From positions 16,448,140 to 16,512,139 of the forward strand of contig CP154954.1 of the NCBI GenBank assembly GCA_039621445.1: a DNA stretch of 64,000 nucleotides, in the 5' to 3' direction. This document shows, one piece after another, positions 48,773-61,901 of the stretch. The notes under the pieces are model-generated. The model was given only the letters and a program-made list of their open reading frames with translations. It was not told the DNA's origin and made no database searches. A program made the translations under genes and the position numbers. How positions within the stretch are numbered: the stretch's first letter is position 1; each line of letters starts with the position of its first letter. Origin of the DNA: Euglena gracilis (lineage: Eukaryota).

Positions 48773-51700
48773 CGGACCCCCCCCTCCGGCCCCGGTGGTA
48801 AGCTTCGCTCTTACTCTAAAGAGATAAGAGCTCAGCGGCCAGGGTGTGACGTAGAGCTGAGCTCTTTGGGAGACCACCCTGGCCCGGCCCGGCCCGGCCC
48901 GGCCGGCGGATCGGCGGCCCAACCCAGGCCAGATACGGGGGTTTGAAAAACACTCATTTTCGGGTCAAAAACACCCTTTCCTGGGTCTGGGAGGCAAAAA
49001 CACGTGGTTTTGGGTAAAAAAAAAATTCGATTTTTTTTGACTTTTTTGACCGGAAAATGACCCAAAGTCCAAAGGATTCGGGCCAAAAACGGGGTGGGGT
49101 GCTGGCGGGTCGAGTGGCGCTCATTTTCGGCTCAAAAACACTTTTTCCGGGTCCGGGAGGCCAAAAAACATCATTTCGGGCAAAAAATTTTTTTGTTTTT
49201 TTTTCGACCTTTTTGACCCGGTTTTGACCCAAAGTCCTTAAGATTTGGGCCCAAACCGGGGCTGGCGGGTCAAAAAACGCTCATTTTTTTTTTTTTTTAT
49301 TTTTTTGGCTCAAAAACAGTTTTTCTGGGTCCGGGAGGCCAAAAAAACATGGTTTTGGGCGAAAAAAAAAAATCGATTTTTTTCGACTTTTTTTGGCCGA
49401 AAACAGCTAAGTGGGGATTGCAGGTCATTTTGGGGTCAAAAAATCGAAAAATTCAAAATGTCTCGAAAACGCTGCGGAGTTGAAAAAAAGTAAAGAGGAC
49501 CGCCTTCCACAACGCCCGATCGATCGGTATGCACGGTTTGGGCCAACTCCTCGCCTAGCCCGAGATACGGTCGTTTTGTGGTTTTGGGCCAGTTTTGCCA
49601 GCTTTGGCCATTTCGGGCCTGTTCGAGGCCCGAAACCGTAAATTGGACGTATCTCGTTGGGACCCAAACCAGGGGGTCAATCATGAGGTTTGGGGGGGGG
49701 GGTGACCGTTTTTTGAGGTTCCCGGGGTCTGGTTGTGCGATTTTGGGCCAGTTTTGGGTACCCAGGGACCCCTGCTGGAGGGCGGCTGGGCGAGGGGTGG
49801 ATGGCATGGCAGGCAGGTTGGGACCCAAAATTTTGAAAAAAAATTTTCCCTCAAAAACACTTTTTTTTCACTTTAGAACATCAAAAAAAGTGTTTTCGAG
49901 CCAAAAAAATTAAACCGACCCGGACCCCCCCCCCCCGGCTGCGCCCGCCACCCCCCCCCTGGCCGGTGGACGTAGCCATTTTTGGGTCAAAAAGTCGAAA
50001 AAATTCGAAAAAAATTTGCCCAAAACCATGTTTTTTGACCTCTTGGACCCGAAAGAAGTGCTTTCGAGCCGAAAATGAGCGTTTTTGGACCCCCGACCTC
50101 CGTTTTGGGCCCGAAACCAATGGACGTTGGATCATTTTCATGTCAAAAAAAGAAAATTTCAGGGTCGTTTTGGGGTCAAAAAAAAATCGAAAAATTCAAA
50201 ATATCTCGAAGACGCAGAGTTGAGATAAAATAAAGAGGAACTCATTCCACAACTTTGGGACGCCCGTTCGATCGGTTTGGGCCAACTCCTCGCCTAGCCC
50301 GAGTTACGCCCGTTTTGTGGTTTTGGGCCAGTTTTGCCAGCTTTGGCCATTTCGGGCCCGTTCGGGGCCTGAAACCGTAAATTGGCTATATCTCGGACTG
50401 GACGAGGAGTTGGGACCCAAACCAGGGGGTCAATCCTGAGGTTCGGGGGGGGGGGGGGGGGAACCATTTTGTGGGGTTCCCGGGGTCTGGTTGTGCGATT
50501 TTGGGCCATTTTTGGGTATTCGGGGACCCCTGCGGGGGGTCCGTGGGCGGATGGGCTTGGGAGGTCGGGAGGCAGGTCGGGACCCAAAATTTTAAAAAAA
50601 ATTTTTTGCTCAAAAACACTTTTCTTCACTTCACAACATCAAAAAAAAGTGTGTTTGAGCAAAAAAAATTCCGACCCGGACTGCCCCCCCCATGCCCCCC
50701 CCCCCGGCTGGGGCCCGCCCCGCTGGCCGGTGGTGAATTTAGCCATTTTTGGGTCAAAAAGTCGGAAAAATTCGAAAAAAATATGCCCAAAACCACTTTT
50801 TTGACCTCTCGGACCCGAAAAAAGTGTTTTCGAGCCAAAAATGAGTGTTTTTCGACCCTCCAGCGCCCCGTTTTGGGCCGCCAAGCCATTGACTTTGGGT
50901 CAAAGCTGGGCCGAAAAAAAGTTGGGAAAAAGCGAAAAAATCTTTTTTGCCCAAAACCACGTGTTTTTGCCTCCCAGACCCAGAAAAACTGTTTTTGACC
51001 CAAAAATGACCAACTTTTTTGCTCGGGCATATCTCCGGACTGGCGTGGAGTTGGGGTAACCCAAGGGCTCTGGAGAAACTAGGGATCGTCCCCTAACCTA
51101 TTGGCTATTCACTTTGGGGGCCAGGAAATCCAATCACATCAATAATCCTCGGGGGTCCTTGCCTACCCAGGGAGGGGGGGGGGGCTGGGGGGGGGGGGGG
51201 GGGGGGGGGGGGTGGGGCCGGACCCGCCCCCCTCCGGCCCCGGTGGTAAGCTTCGCTCTTACTCTAAAGAGATAAGAGCTCAGCGGCCAGGGTGTGACGT
51301 AGAGCTGAGCTCTTTGGGAGACCACCCTGGCCCGGCCCGGCCCGGCCCGGCCGGCGGATCGGCGGCCCAACCCAGGCCGGGGACGGGGTTGAAAAACACT
51401 CATTTTCGGGTCAAAAACACCCTTTCCTGGGTCTGGGAGGCAAAAACACGTGGTTTTGGGTAAAAAAAAAATTCGATTTTTTTTGACTTTTTTGACCGGA
51501 AAATGACCCAAAGTCCAAAGGATTCGGGCCAAAAACGGGGTGGGGTGCTGGCGGGTCGAGTGGCGCTCATTTTCGGCTCAAAAACACTTTTTCCGGGTCC
51601 GGGAGGCCAAAAAACATCATTTCGGGCAAAAAAAATTTGATTTTTTTCGACCTTTTTGACCCGGTTTTGACCCAAAGTCCTTAAGATTTGGGCCCAAACC

Positions 51701-54700
51701 GGGGCTGGCGGGTCAAAAAACGCTCATTTTTTGGCTCAAAAACAGTTTTTCCGGGTCCGGGAGGCCAAAAAAACATGGTTTTGGGCGAAAAAAATTTTTC
51801 GATTTTTTTGGACTTTTTTTGGCCGAAAACGGCTAAGTGGGGATTGCAGGTCATTTTGGGGTCAAAAAATAGAAAAATTCAAAATGTCTCGAAAACGCTG
51901 CGGAGTTGAAAAAAAGTAAAGAGGACCGCCTTCCACAACGCCCGATCGATCGGTATGCGCGGTTTGGGCCAACTCCTCGCCTAGCCCGAGATACGGTCGT
52001 TTTGTGGTTTTGGGCCAGTTTTGCCAGCTTTGGCCATTTCGGGCCTGTTCGAGGCCCGAAACCGTAAATTGGCCGTATCTCGTTGGGACCCAAACCAGGG
52101 GGTCAATCATGAGGTTTGGGGGGGGGGGGGACCGTTTTTTGAGGTTCCCGGGGTCTGGTTGTGCGATTTTGGGCCAGTTTTGGGTAGCGGGTAGCGGCTG
52201 GGCGAGGGGGGGTTGGCAGGCAGGTTGGGACCTAAAATTTTGAAAAAAATTTTCCGTCAAAAACACTTTTTTTCACTTTAGAACATCAAAAAAAGTGTTT
52301 TCGAGCCAAAAAAATTAAACCGACCCGGACCCCCGGCCCCCCGGCTGTGCCCCCCCCCCCCCGGCCGGTGGATGTAGCCATTTTTTCAAAAAGTCGAAAA
52401 AATTCGAAAAAAAATTGCCCATGTTTTTTGACCTCCTGGACCCGAAAAAAGTGTTTTCGAGCCGAAAATGAGCGTTTTTGGACCCCCGGCCGTTTTCGGC
52501 CCGAAACCAATGGACGTTGGATCATTTTCATGTCAAAAAAGGAAAATTTCAGGGTCATTTTGGGGTCAAAAAAATCGAAAAATTCAAAATATCTCGAAGA
52601 CGCAGAGTTGAGATAAAATAAAGAGGAACTCATTCCACAACTTTGGGACGCCCGTTCGATCGGTTTGGGCCAACTCCTCGCCTAGCCCGAGTTACGCCCG
52701 TTTTGTGGTTTTGGGCCAGTTTTGCCAGCTTTGGCCATTTCGGGCCCGTTCGGGGCCCGAAACCGTAAATTGGCTATATCTCGGACTGGACGAGGAGTTG
52801 GGACCCAAACCAGGGGGTCAATCCTGAGGTTCAGGGGGGGGGGGTAACCGTTTTTTGAGGTTCCCGGGGTCTGGTTGTGCGATTTTGGGCCATTTTTGGG
52901 TATTCGGGGACCCCTGCGGGCGTGGGCGGATGGGCTTGGGAGGTCGGGAGGCAGGTCGGGACCCAAAAATTTAAAAAACACACGAAAACGGCTAAATGGG
53001 GATTGCAGGTCATTTTGGGGTCAAAAAATCGAAAAATTCAAAATGTCTCGAAAACGCTGCGGAGTTGAAAAAAAGTAAAGAGGACCGCCTTCCACAACGC
53101 CCGATCGATCGGTATGCGCGGTTTGGGCCAACTCCTCGCCTAGCCCGAGTTACGGTCGTTTTGTGGTTTTGGGCCAGTTTTGCCAGTTTTGGCCATTTCG
53201 GGCCTGTTCGAGGCCCGAAACCGTAATTTGGCCGTATCTCGTTGGGACCCAAACCAGGGGGTCAATCATGAGGTTTGGGGGGGGGGTTGACCGTTTTTTG
53301 AGGTTCCCGGGGTCTGGTTGTGCGATTTTGGGCCAGTTTTGGGTAGCGGGTAGCGGGTAGCGAGGGGGGGTTGGCAGGCAGGTTGGGACCTAAAATTTTG
53401 AAAAAAATTTTCCCTCAAAAACACTTTTTTTCACTTTAGAACATCAAAAAAAGTGTTCTCGAGCCAAAAAAATTAAACCGACCCGGACCCCCCCCCCGGC
53501 TGTGCCCCCCCCCCCCCGGCCGGTGGATGTAGCCATTTTGGGTCAAAAAGTCGAAAAAATTTGAAAAAAAATTGCCCAAAACCATGTTTTTTGATCTCCT
53601 GGACCCGAAAAAAGTGTTTTCGAGCCCAAAATGAGCGTTTTTGGACCCCCGGCCTCCGTTTTGCGCCCGAAACCAATGGACGTTGGATCATTTTCATGTC
53701 AAAAAAGGAAAATTTCAGGGTCATTTTGGGGTCAAAAAAAATCGAAAAATTCAAAATATCTCGAAGACGCGGAGTTGAGATAAAATAAAGAGGAACTCAT
53801 TCCACAACTTTGGGACGCCCGTTCGATCGGTATGCACGGTTTGGGCCAACTCCTCGCCTAGCCCGAGTTACGCCCGTTTTGTGGTTTTGGGCCAGTTTTG
53901 CCAGTTTTGGCCATTTCGGGCCCGTTCGGGGCCCGAAACCGTAAATTGGCTATATCTCGGACTGGACGAGGAGTTGGGACCCAAACCAGGGGGTCAATCC
54001 TGAGGTTTAGGGGGGGGGGGTTAACCGTTTTTTGAGGTTCCCGGGGTCTGGTTGTGCGATTTTGGGCCATTTTTGGGTATTCGGGGACCCCGGCGGCTCG
54101 GCGGCCCAACCCAGGCCGGGGACGGGGTTGAAAAACACTCATTTTCGTCAAAAACACCCTTTCCTGGGTCTGGGAGGCAAAAACACGTGGTTTTGGGTAA
54201 AAAAAATTTCGATTTTTTTTTGACTTTTTTGACCGGAAAATGACCCAAAGTCCAAAGGATTCGGGCCAAAAACGGGGTGCTGGCGGGTCGAGTGGAGCTC
54301 ATTTTCGGCTCAAAAACACTTTTTCCGGGTCCGGGAGGCCAAAAAACATCATTTCGGGCAAAAATTTTTTTTGATTTTTTTCGACCTTTTTGACCTGGTT
54401 TTGACCCAAAGTCCTTAAGATTTGGGCCGAAAACCGGGGCTGGCGGGTCAAAAAACGCTCATTTTTTTATTTTTTATTTTTTTGGCTCAAAAACAGTTTT
54501 TCCGGGTCCGGGAGGCCAAAAAAACATGGTTTTGGGCGAAAAAAAAAATTCGATTTTTTTCGACTTTTTTTGGCCGAAAACGGCTAAGTGGGGATTGCAG
54601 GTCATTTTGGGTCAAAAAATCGAAAAATTCAAAATATCTCGAAGACGCAGAGTTGAGATAAAATAAAGAGGAACTCATTCCACAACTTTGGGACGCCCGT

Positions 54701-55637
54701 TCGATCGGTTTGGGCCAACTCCTCGCCTAGCCCGAGTTACGCCCGTTTTGTGGTTTTGGGCCAGTTTTGCCAGCTTTGGCCATTTCGGGCCCGTTCGGGG
54801 CCCGAAACCGTAAATTGGCTATATCTCGGACTGGACGAGGAGTTGGGACCCAAACCAGGGGGTCAATCCTGAGGTTTAGGGGGGGGGGTAACCGTTTTTT
54901 GAGGTTCCCGGGGTCTGGTTGTGCGATTTTGGGCCATTTTTGGGTATTCGGGGACTCCTGCGGGGGGTCCGTGGGCGGATGGGCTTGGGAGGTCGGGAGG
55001 CAGGTCGGGACCCAAAATTTTAAAAAAACACTTTTTTTCACTTCACAACATCAAAAAAAGTGTGTTTGAGCAAAAAAAAAAAATCCGACCCGGACTGCCC
55101 CCCGCCCCCCCCCCCCCCCCCCATTCCCCCCCCCTGGCTGGGGCCCGCCCCGCTGGCCGGTGGTGAATTTAGCCATTTTTGGGTCAAAAAGTCGGAAAAA
55201 TTCGAGAAAAAAAATTGCCCAAAACCATGTTTTTTGATCTCTCGGACCCGAAAAAAGTGTTTTTGAGCCAAAAATGAGTGTTCTTCGACCCTCCAGCGCC
55301 CGGTTTTGGGCCGCCAAGCCATTGACTTTGGGTCAAAACTGGGCCAAAAAAAGTTGGGAAAAATCGAACCACGTGTTTTTGCCTCCCAGACCCAGAAAAA
55401 CTGTTTTTGACCCAAAATGACCCTGCAATTTCCCCGGAAAAAAAAAGACGGTAGACAACTTTTTTGCTCGGGCATATCTCCGGACTGGCGTGGAGTTGGG
55501 GTAACCCAAGGGCTCTGGAGAAACTAGGGATCGTCCCCTAACCTATTGGCTATTCACTTTGGGGGCCAGGAATTCCAATCACATCAATAATCCTCGGGGG
55601 TCCTTGCCTACCCAGGGAGGGGGGGGGGGGGGGGGGG

Positions 55638-55668
<31 letters not shown>

Positions 55669-58600
55669 TCGAACCCGCCCCCCTCCGGCCCCGGTGGTAA
55701 GCTTCGCTCTTACTCTAAAGAGATAAGAGCTCAGCGGCCAGGGTGTGACGTAGAGCTGAGCTCTTTGGGAGACCACCCTGGCCCGGCCCGGCCCGGCCCG
55801 GCCCGGCCGGCGGCTCGGCGGCCCAACCCAGGCCGGGGACGGGGTTGAAAACCACTCATTTTCGGGTCAGAAACACCCTTTCCTGGGTCTGGGAGGCAAA
55901 AACACGTGGTTTTGGGTAAAAAAAATTTCGATTTTTTTTGACTTTTTTGACCGGAAAATGACCCAAAGTCGGGGTGCTGGCGGATTCGGGCCTAAAACGG
56001 GGTGCTGGCGGGTCGAGTGGCGCTCATTTTCGGCTCAAAAACACTTTTTCCGGGTCCGGAAGGCCAAAAAACATGGTTTTGGGCGAAAAAAAATTTTTCG
56101 CTTTTTTTTCGACTTTTTTTGGCCGAAAACGGCTAAGTGGGGATTGCAGGTCATTTTGGGGTCAAAAAAATCGAAAAATTCAAAATGTCTCGAAAACGCT
56201 GCGGAGTTGGAAAAAAGTAAAGAGGACCGCCTTCCACAACGCCCGATCGATCGGTATGCGCGGTTTGGGCCAACTCCTCGCCTAGCCCGAGATACGGTCG
56301 TTTTGTGGTTTTGGGCCAGTTTTGCCAGCTTTGGCCATTTCGGGCCTGTTCGAGGCCCGAAACCGTAAATTGGCCGTATCTCGTTGGGACCCAAACCAGG
56401 GGGTCAATCCAGAGGTTTAGGGGGGGGGTAACCGTTTTTTGAGGTTCCCGGGGTCTGGTTGTGCGATTTTGGGCCATTTTTGGGTATTCGGGGACCCCTG
56501 CGGGGGGTCCGAGGGCGTATGGGCTTGGGAGGTCGGGAGGCAGGTCGGGACCCAAAATTTTAAAAAATTTTTTTTTGCTCAAAAACACTTTTTTTCACTT
56601 TAGAACATCAAAAAAAAGTGTGTTTGAGCAAAAAAAAATTCCGACCCGGACTGCCCCCCCATGCCCCCCCCCCCCCCGGCTGGGGCCCGCCCCGCTGGCC
56701 GGTGGTGAATTTAGCCATTTTTGGGTCAAAAAGTCGGAAAATTTCGAGAAAAAAAATTGCCCAAAACCATGTTTTTTGATCTCTCGGACCCGAAAAAAGT
56801 GTTTTCGAGCCAAAAATGAGTGTTTTTCGACCCTCCAGCGCCCCGTTTTGGGCCGCCAAGCCATTGACTTTGGGTCAAAACTGGGCCAAAAAAAGTTGGG
56901 AAAAATCGAAAAAACCTTTTTTGCCCAAAACCACGTGTTTTTGCCTCCCAGACCCAAATGACCCTGCAATTTCCCCGGAAAAAAAAGACGGTAGACAACT
57001 TTTTTGCTCGGGCATATCTCCGGACTGGCGTGGAGTTGGGGTAACCCAAGGGCTCTGGAGAAACTAGGAAACGTCCCCTAACCTATTGGCTATTCACTTT
57101 GGGGGCCAGGAATTCCAATCACATCAATAATCCTCGGGGGTCCTTGCCTACCCAGGGAGGGGGGTGGGCGGGCGGGGGTGGGGGGGGAGGGGGGGGGGGG
57201 CGGACCCGCCCCCCTCCGGCCCCGGTGGTAAGCTTCGCTCTTACTCTAAAGAGATAAAAGCTCAGCGGCCAGGGTGTGACGTAGAGCTGAGCTCTTTGGG
57301 AGACCACCCTGGCCCGGCCCGGCCCGGCCCGGCCCGGCCCGGCCCGGCCGGCGGCTCGGCGGCCCAACCCAGGCCGGGGACGGGGTTGAAAAACACTCAT
57401 TTTCGGGTCAAAAACACCCTTTCCTGGGTCTGGGAGGCAAAAACACGTGGTTTTGGGTAAAAAAAAATTTCGATTTTTTTTTGACTTTTTTGACCGGAAA
57501 ATGACCCAAAGTCCAAAGGATTCGGGCCAAAAACGGGGTGCTGGCGGGTCGAGTGGCGCTCATTTTCGGCTCAAAAACACTTTTTCCGGGTCCGGGAGGC
57601 CAAAAAACATCATTTCGGGCAAAAAAAATTTGATTTTTTTGGACCTTTTTGACCCGGTTTTGACCCAAAATCCTTAAGATTTGGGCCCAAACCGGGGCTG
57701 GCGGGTCAAAAAACGCTCATTTTTTTTATTTTTTATTTTTTTGGCTCAAAAACAGATTTTCTGGGTCCGGGAGGCCAAAAAACATGGTTTTGGGCGAAAA
57801 AATTTTTTTCGCTTTTTTTTTCGACTTTTTTTGGCCGAAAACGGCTAAGTGGGGATTGCAGGTCATTTTGGGGTCAAAAAAATCGAAAAATTCAAAATGT
57901 CTCGAAAACGCTGCGGAGTTGAAAAAAAGTAAAGAGGACCGCCTTCCACAACGCCCGATCGATCGGTATGCGCGGTTTGGGCCAACTCCTCGCCTAGCCC
58001 GAGATACGGTCGTTTTGTGGTTTTGGGCCAGTTTTGCCAGCTTTGGCCATTTCGGGCCTGTTCGAGGCCCGAAACCGTAAATTGGCCGTATCTCGTTGGG
58101 ACCCAAACCAGGGGGTCAATCCAGAGGTTTAGGGGGGGGGTAACCGTTTTTTGAGGTTCCCGGGGTCTGGTTGTGCGATTTTGGGCCATTTTTGGGTATT
58201 CGGGGACCCCTGCGGGGGGTCCGAGGGCGTATGGGCTTGGGAGGTCGGGAGGCAGGTCGGGACCCAAAATTTTAAAAAATTTTTTTTTGCTCAAAAACAC
58301 TTTTTTTCACTTTAGAACATCAAAAAAAAGTGTGTTTGAGCAAAAAAAAATTCCGACCCGGACTGCCCCCCCATGCCCCCCCCCCCCCGGCTGGGGCCCG
58401 CCCCGCTGGCCGGTGGTGAATTTAGCCATTTTTGGGTCAAAAAGTCGGAAAAATTTGAGGAAAAAAATTGCCCAAAACCATGTTTTTTGATCTCTCGGAC
58501 CCGAAAAAAGTGTTTTCGAGCCAAAAATGAGTGTTCTTCGACCCTCCAGCGCCCGGTTTTGGGCCGCCAAGCCATTGACTTTGGGTCAAAACTGGGCCAA

Positions 58601-61362
58601 AAAAAGTTGGGAAAAATCGAACCACGTGTTTTTGCCTCCCAGACCCAGAAAAACTGTTTTTGACCCAAAATGACCCTGCAATTTCCCCGGAAAAAAAAAG
58701 ACGGTAGACAACTTTTTTGCTCGGGCATATCTCCGGACTGGCGTGGAGTTGGGGTAACCCAAGGGCTCTGGAGAAACTAGGGATCGTCCCCTAACCTATT
58801 GGCTATTCACTTTGGGGGCCAGGAATTCCAATCACATCAATAATCCTCGGGGGTCCTTGCCTACCCAGGGAGGGGGGGGGGCGGGGGGCCGGGGGGGGGG
58901 GGGGCGGGGGGGGGGGTGGGACCCCCCCCCCCCCAGCCCCGGTGGTAAGCTTCGCTCTTACTCTAAAGAGATAAGAGCTCAGCGGCCAGGGTGTGACGTA
59001 GAGCTGAGCTCTTTGGGAGACCACCCTGGCCCGGCCCGGCCCGGCCGGCGGCTCGGCGGCCCAACCCAGGCCGGGGACGGGGTTGAAAAACACTCATTTT
59101 CGGGTCAGAAACACCCTTTCCTGGGTCTGGGAGGCAAAAACACGTGGTTTTGGGTAAAAAAAAAATTCGATTTTTTTTGACTTTTTTGACCGGAAAATGA
59201 CCCAAAGTCGGGGTGCTGGCGGATTCGGGCCTAAAACGGGGTGCTGGCGGGTCGAGTGGCGCTCATTTTCGGCTCAAAAACACTTTTTCCGGGTCCGGGA
59301 GGCCAAAAAACATGGTTTTGGGCGAAAAAATTTTTTTCGCTTTTTTTTTCGACTTTTTTTGGCCGAAAACGGCTAAGTGGGGATTGCAGGTCATTTTGGG
59401 GTCAAAAAAATCGAAAAATTCAAAATGTCTCGAAAACGCTGCGGAGTTGGAAAAAAGTAAAGAGGACCGCCTTCCACAACGCCCGATCGATCGGTATGCG
59501 CGGTTTGGGCCAACTCCTCGCCTAGCCCGAGATACGGTCGTTTTGTGGTTTTGGGCCAGTTTTGCCAGCTTTGGCCATTTCGGGCCTGTTCGAGGCCCGA
59601 AACCGTAAATTGGCCGTATCTCGTTGGGACCCAAACCAGGGGGTCAATCCAGAGGTTTAGGGGGGGGGGGGGTAACCGTTTTTTGAGGTTCCCGGGGTCT
59701 GGTTGTGCGATTTTGGGCCATTTTTGGGTATTCGGGGACCCCTGCGGGGGGTCCGAGGGCGTATGGGCTTGGGAGGTCGGGAGGCAGGTCGGGACCCAAA
59801 ATTTTAAAAAAAATTTTTTTGCTCAAAAACACTTTTTTTCACTTTAGAACATCAAAAAAAAGTGTGTTTGAGCAAAAAAAAATTCCGACCCGGACTGCCC
59901 CCCCATGCCCCCCCCCCCCGGCTGGGGCCCGCCCCGCTGGCCGGTGGTGAATTTAGCCATTTTTGGGTCAAAAAGTCGGAAAAATTCGAGGAAAAAAATT
60001 GCCCAAAACCATGTTTTTTGATCTCTCGGACCCGAAAAAAGTGTTTTCGAGCCAAAAATGAGTGTTTTTCGACCCTCCAGCGCCCCGTTTTGGGCCGCCA
60101 AGCCATTGACTTTGGGTCAAAACTGGGCCAAAAAAAGTTGGGAAAAATCGAAAAAACCTTTTTTGCCCAAAACCACGTGTTTTTGCCTCCCAGACCCAGA
60201 AAAACTGTTTTTGACCCAAATGACCCTGCAATTTCCCCGGAAAAAAAAGACGGTAGACAACTTTTTTGCTCGGGCATATCTCCGGACTGGCGTGGAGTTG
60301 GGGTAACCCAAGGGCTCTGGAGAAACTAGGAATCGTCCCCTAACCTATTGGCTATTCACTTTGGGGGCCAGGAATTCCAATCACATCAATAATCCTCGGG
60401 GGTCCTTGCCTACCCAGGGAGGGGGGGGGAGGCGGGGGGCGGGGGGGGGGGGGCGGGGGTCGGACCCGCCCCCCTCCGGCCACGGTGGTAAGCTTCGCTC
60501 TTACTCTAAAGAGATAAGAGCTCAGCGGCCAGGGTGTGACGTAGAGCTGAGCTCTTTGGGAGACCACCCTGGCCCGGCCCGGCCCGGCCCGGCCCGGCCC
60601 GGCCGGCGGCTCGGCGGCCCAACCCAGGCCGGGGACGGGGTTGAAAAACACTCATTTTCGGGTCAAAAACACCCTTTCCTGGGTCTGGGAGGCAAAAACA
60701 CGTGGTTTTGGGTAAAAAAAAATTTCGATTTTTTTTGACTTTTTTGACCGGAAAATGACCCAAAGTCCAAAGGATTCGGGCCAAAAACGGGGTGCTGGCG
60801 GGTCGAGTGGCGCTCATTTTCGGCTCAAAAACACTTTTTCCGGGTCCGGGAGGCCAAAAAACATCATTTCGGGCAAAAAAAATTTGATTTTTTTCGACCT
60901 TTTTGACCCGGTTTTGACCCAAAATCCTTAAGATTTGGGCCCAAACCGGGGCTTGCGGGTCAAAAAACGCTCATTTTTTGGCTCAAAAACAGTTTTTCCG
61001 GGTCTGGGAGGCCAAAAAAACATGGTTTTGGGCGAAAAAAAAAATTCGATTTTTTTCGACTTTTTTTGGCCGAAAACGGCTAAGTGGGGATTGCAGGTCA
61101 TTTTGGGGTCAAAAAATCGAAAAATTCAAAATGTCTCGAAAACGCTGCAGAGTTGAAAAAAAGTAAAGAGGACCGCCTTCCACAACGCCCGATCGATCGG
61201 TATGCGCGGTTTGGGCCAACTCCTCGCCTAGCCCGAGATACGGTCGTTCTGTGGTTTTGGGCCAGTTTTGCCAGTTTTGGCCATTTCGGGCCTGTTCGAG
61301 GCCCGAAACCGTAAGTTGGCCGTATCTTGTTGGGGCCCAAACCAGGGGGTCAATCATGAGGT

Positions 61363-61420
<58 letters not shown>

Positions 61421-61540
61421 GGGGGGGGGGGGTGGGGGGGGGGGGGGGTGGGGGGGTGGGGGGTGGTTGGGTTTTTTTGACCAGTTTTTTTGAGGTTCCC
61501 GGGGTCTGGTTGTGCGATTTTGGGCCAGTTTTGGGTACAC
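36460..61540. repeat. ~25-kb complex satellite / macrosatellite with higher-order repeats
   Basis: Ten copies of module A (gagctcagcggccagggtgtgacgtagagctgagc core). About 21 forward and 2 reverse copies of module B (ttgggccaactcctcgcctagcccgag core), plus A/T-tract linker modules. Matching ORF-track peptides recur at offsets of 4978, 7421, 3239, 1712 and 1532 bp. Confidence 0.97.
38679..39257 (-). mobile_element. Ty3/gypsy reverse transcriptase fragment inserted in the satellite
   Basis: VVVMGWKNGVQYCQRNLESAL..GYIDDIL (YIDD at 39150-39161), H..IRTILDLLREKKWGARFSKCKFFQKEVEFLGH, and TPKQL. Frameshifted, with no LTRs, and flanked by a cccga direct repeat. Confidence 0.92.
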
Positions 61541-61608
61541 GGGGACCGGCTGGCTGGCTGGCTTGCTGGATGGCTGGCTGGCTGGCTGGTTGACCGGCCA
61601 GCTAAACC

Positions 61609-61699
<91 letters not shown>

Positions 61700-61810
61700 G
61701 GACGGATATATATATATGTATATATATATAGGTATATATGTATACATATATATATACATATATATACACACATATATATATATCTATATATATATGTATA
61801 TATATACAAT
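61364..61810. repeat. Poly-G tract (61364-61465), (GGCT)n (61548-61590) and (TA)n (61615-61810) at the right satellite boundary
   Basis: Directly visible. aaaccggacgga occurs twice, each time before a (TA)n run. Confidence 0.95.
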
Positions 61811-61901
61811 GGGCGCAGGGAATTTCTTAAGACGTACACATAACATGATTCATTATGGAACATCATACACACACACACACACACACACATATAATATATA
61901 T

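Noticed and set aside
36460-61540. Hundreds of recurring ORFs in the satellite (for example MGPNEIRPIYG..., MGIAGHFG...)
   Set aside because: They are F/K/G/P-rich translations of homopolymer tracts that shift frame between copies and show no domain motifs. They are useful only as period markers.
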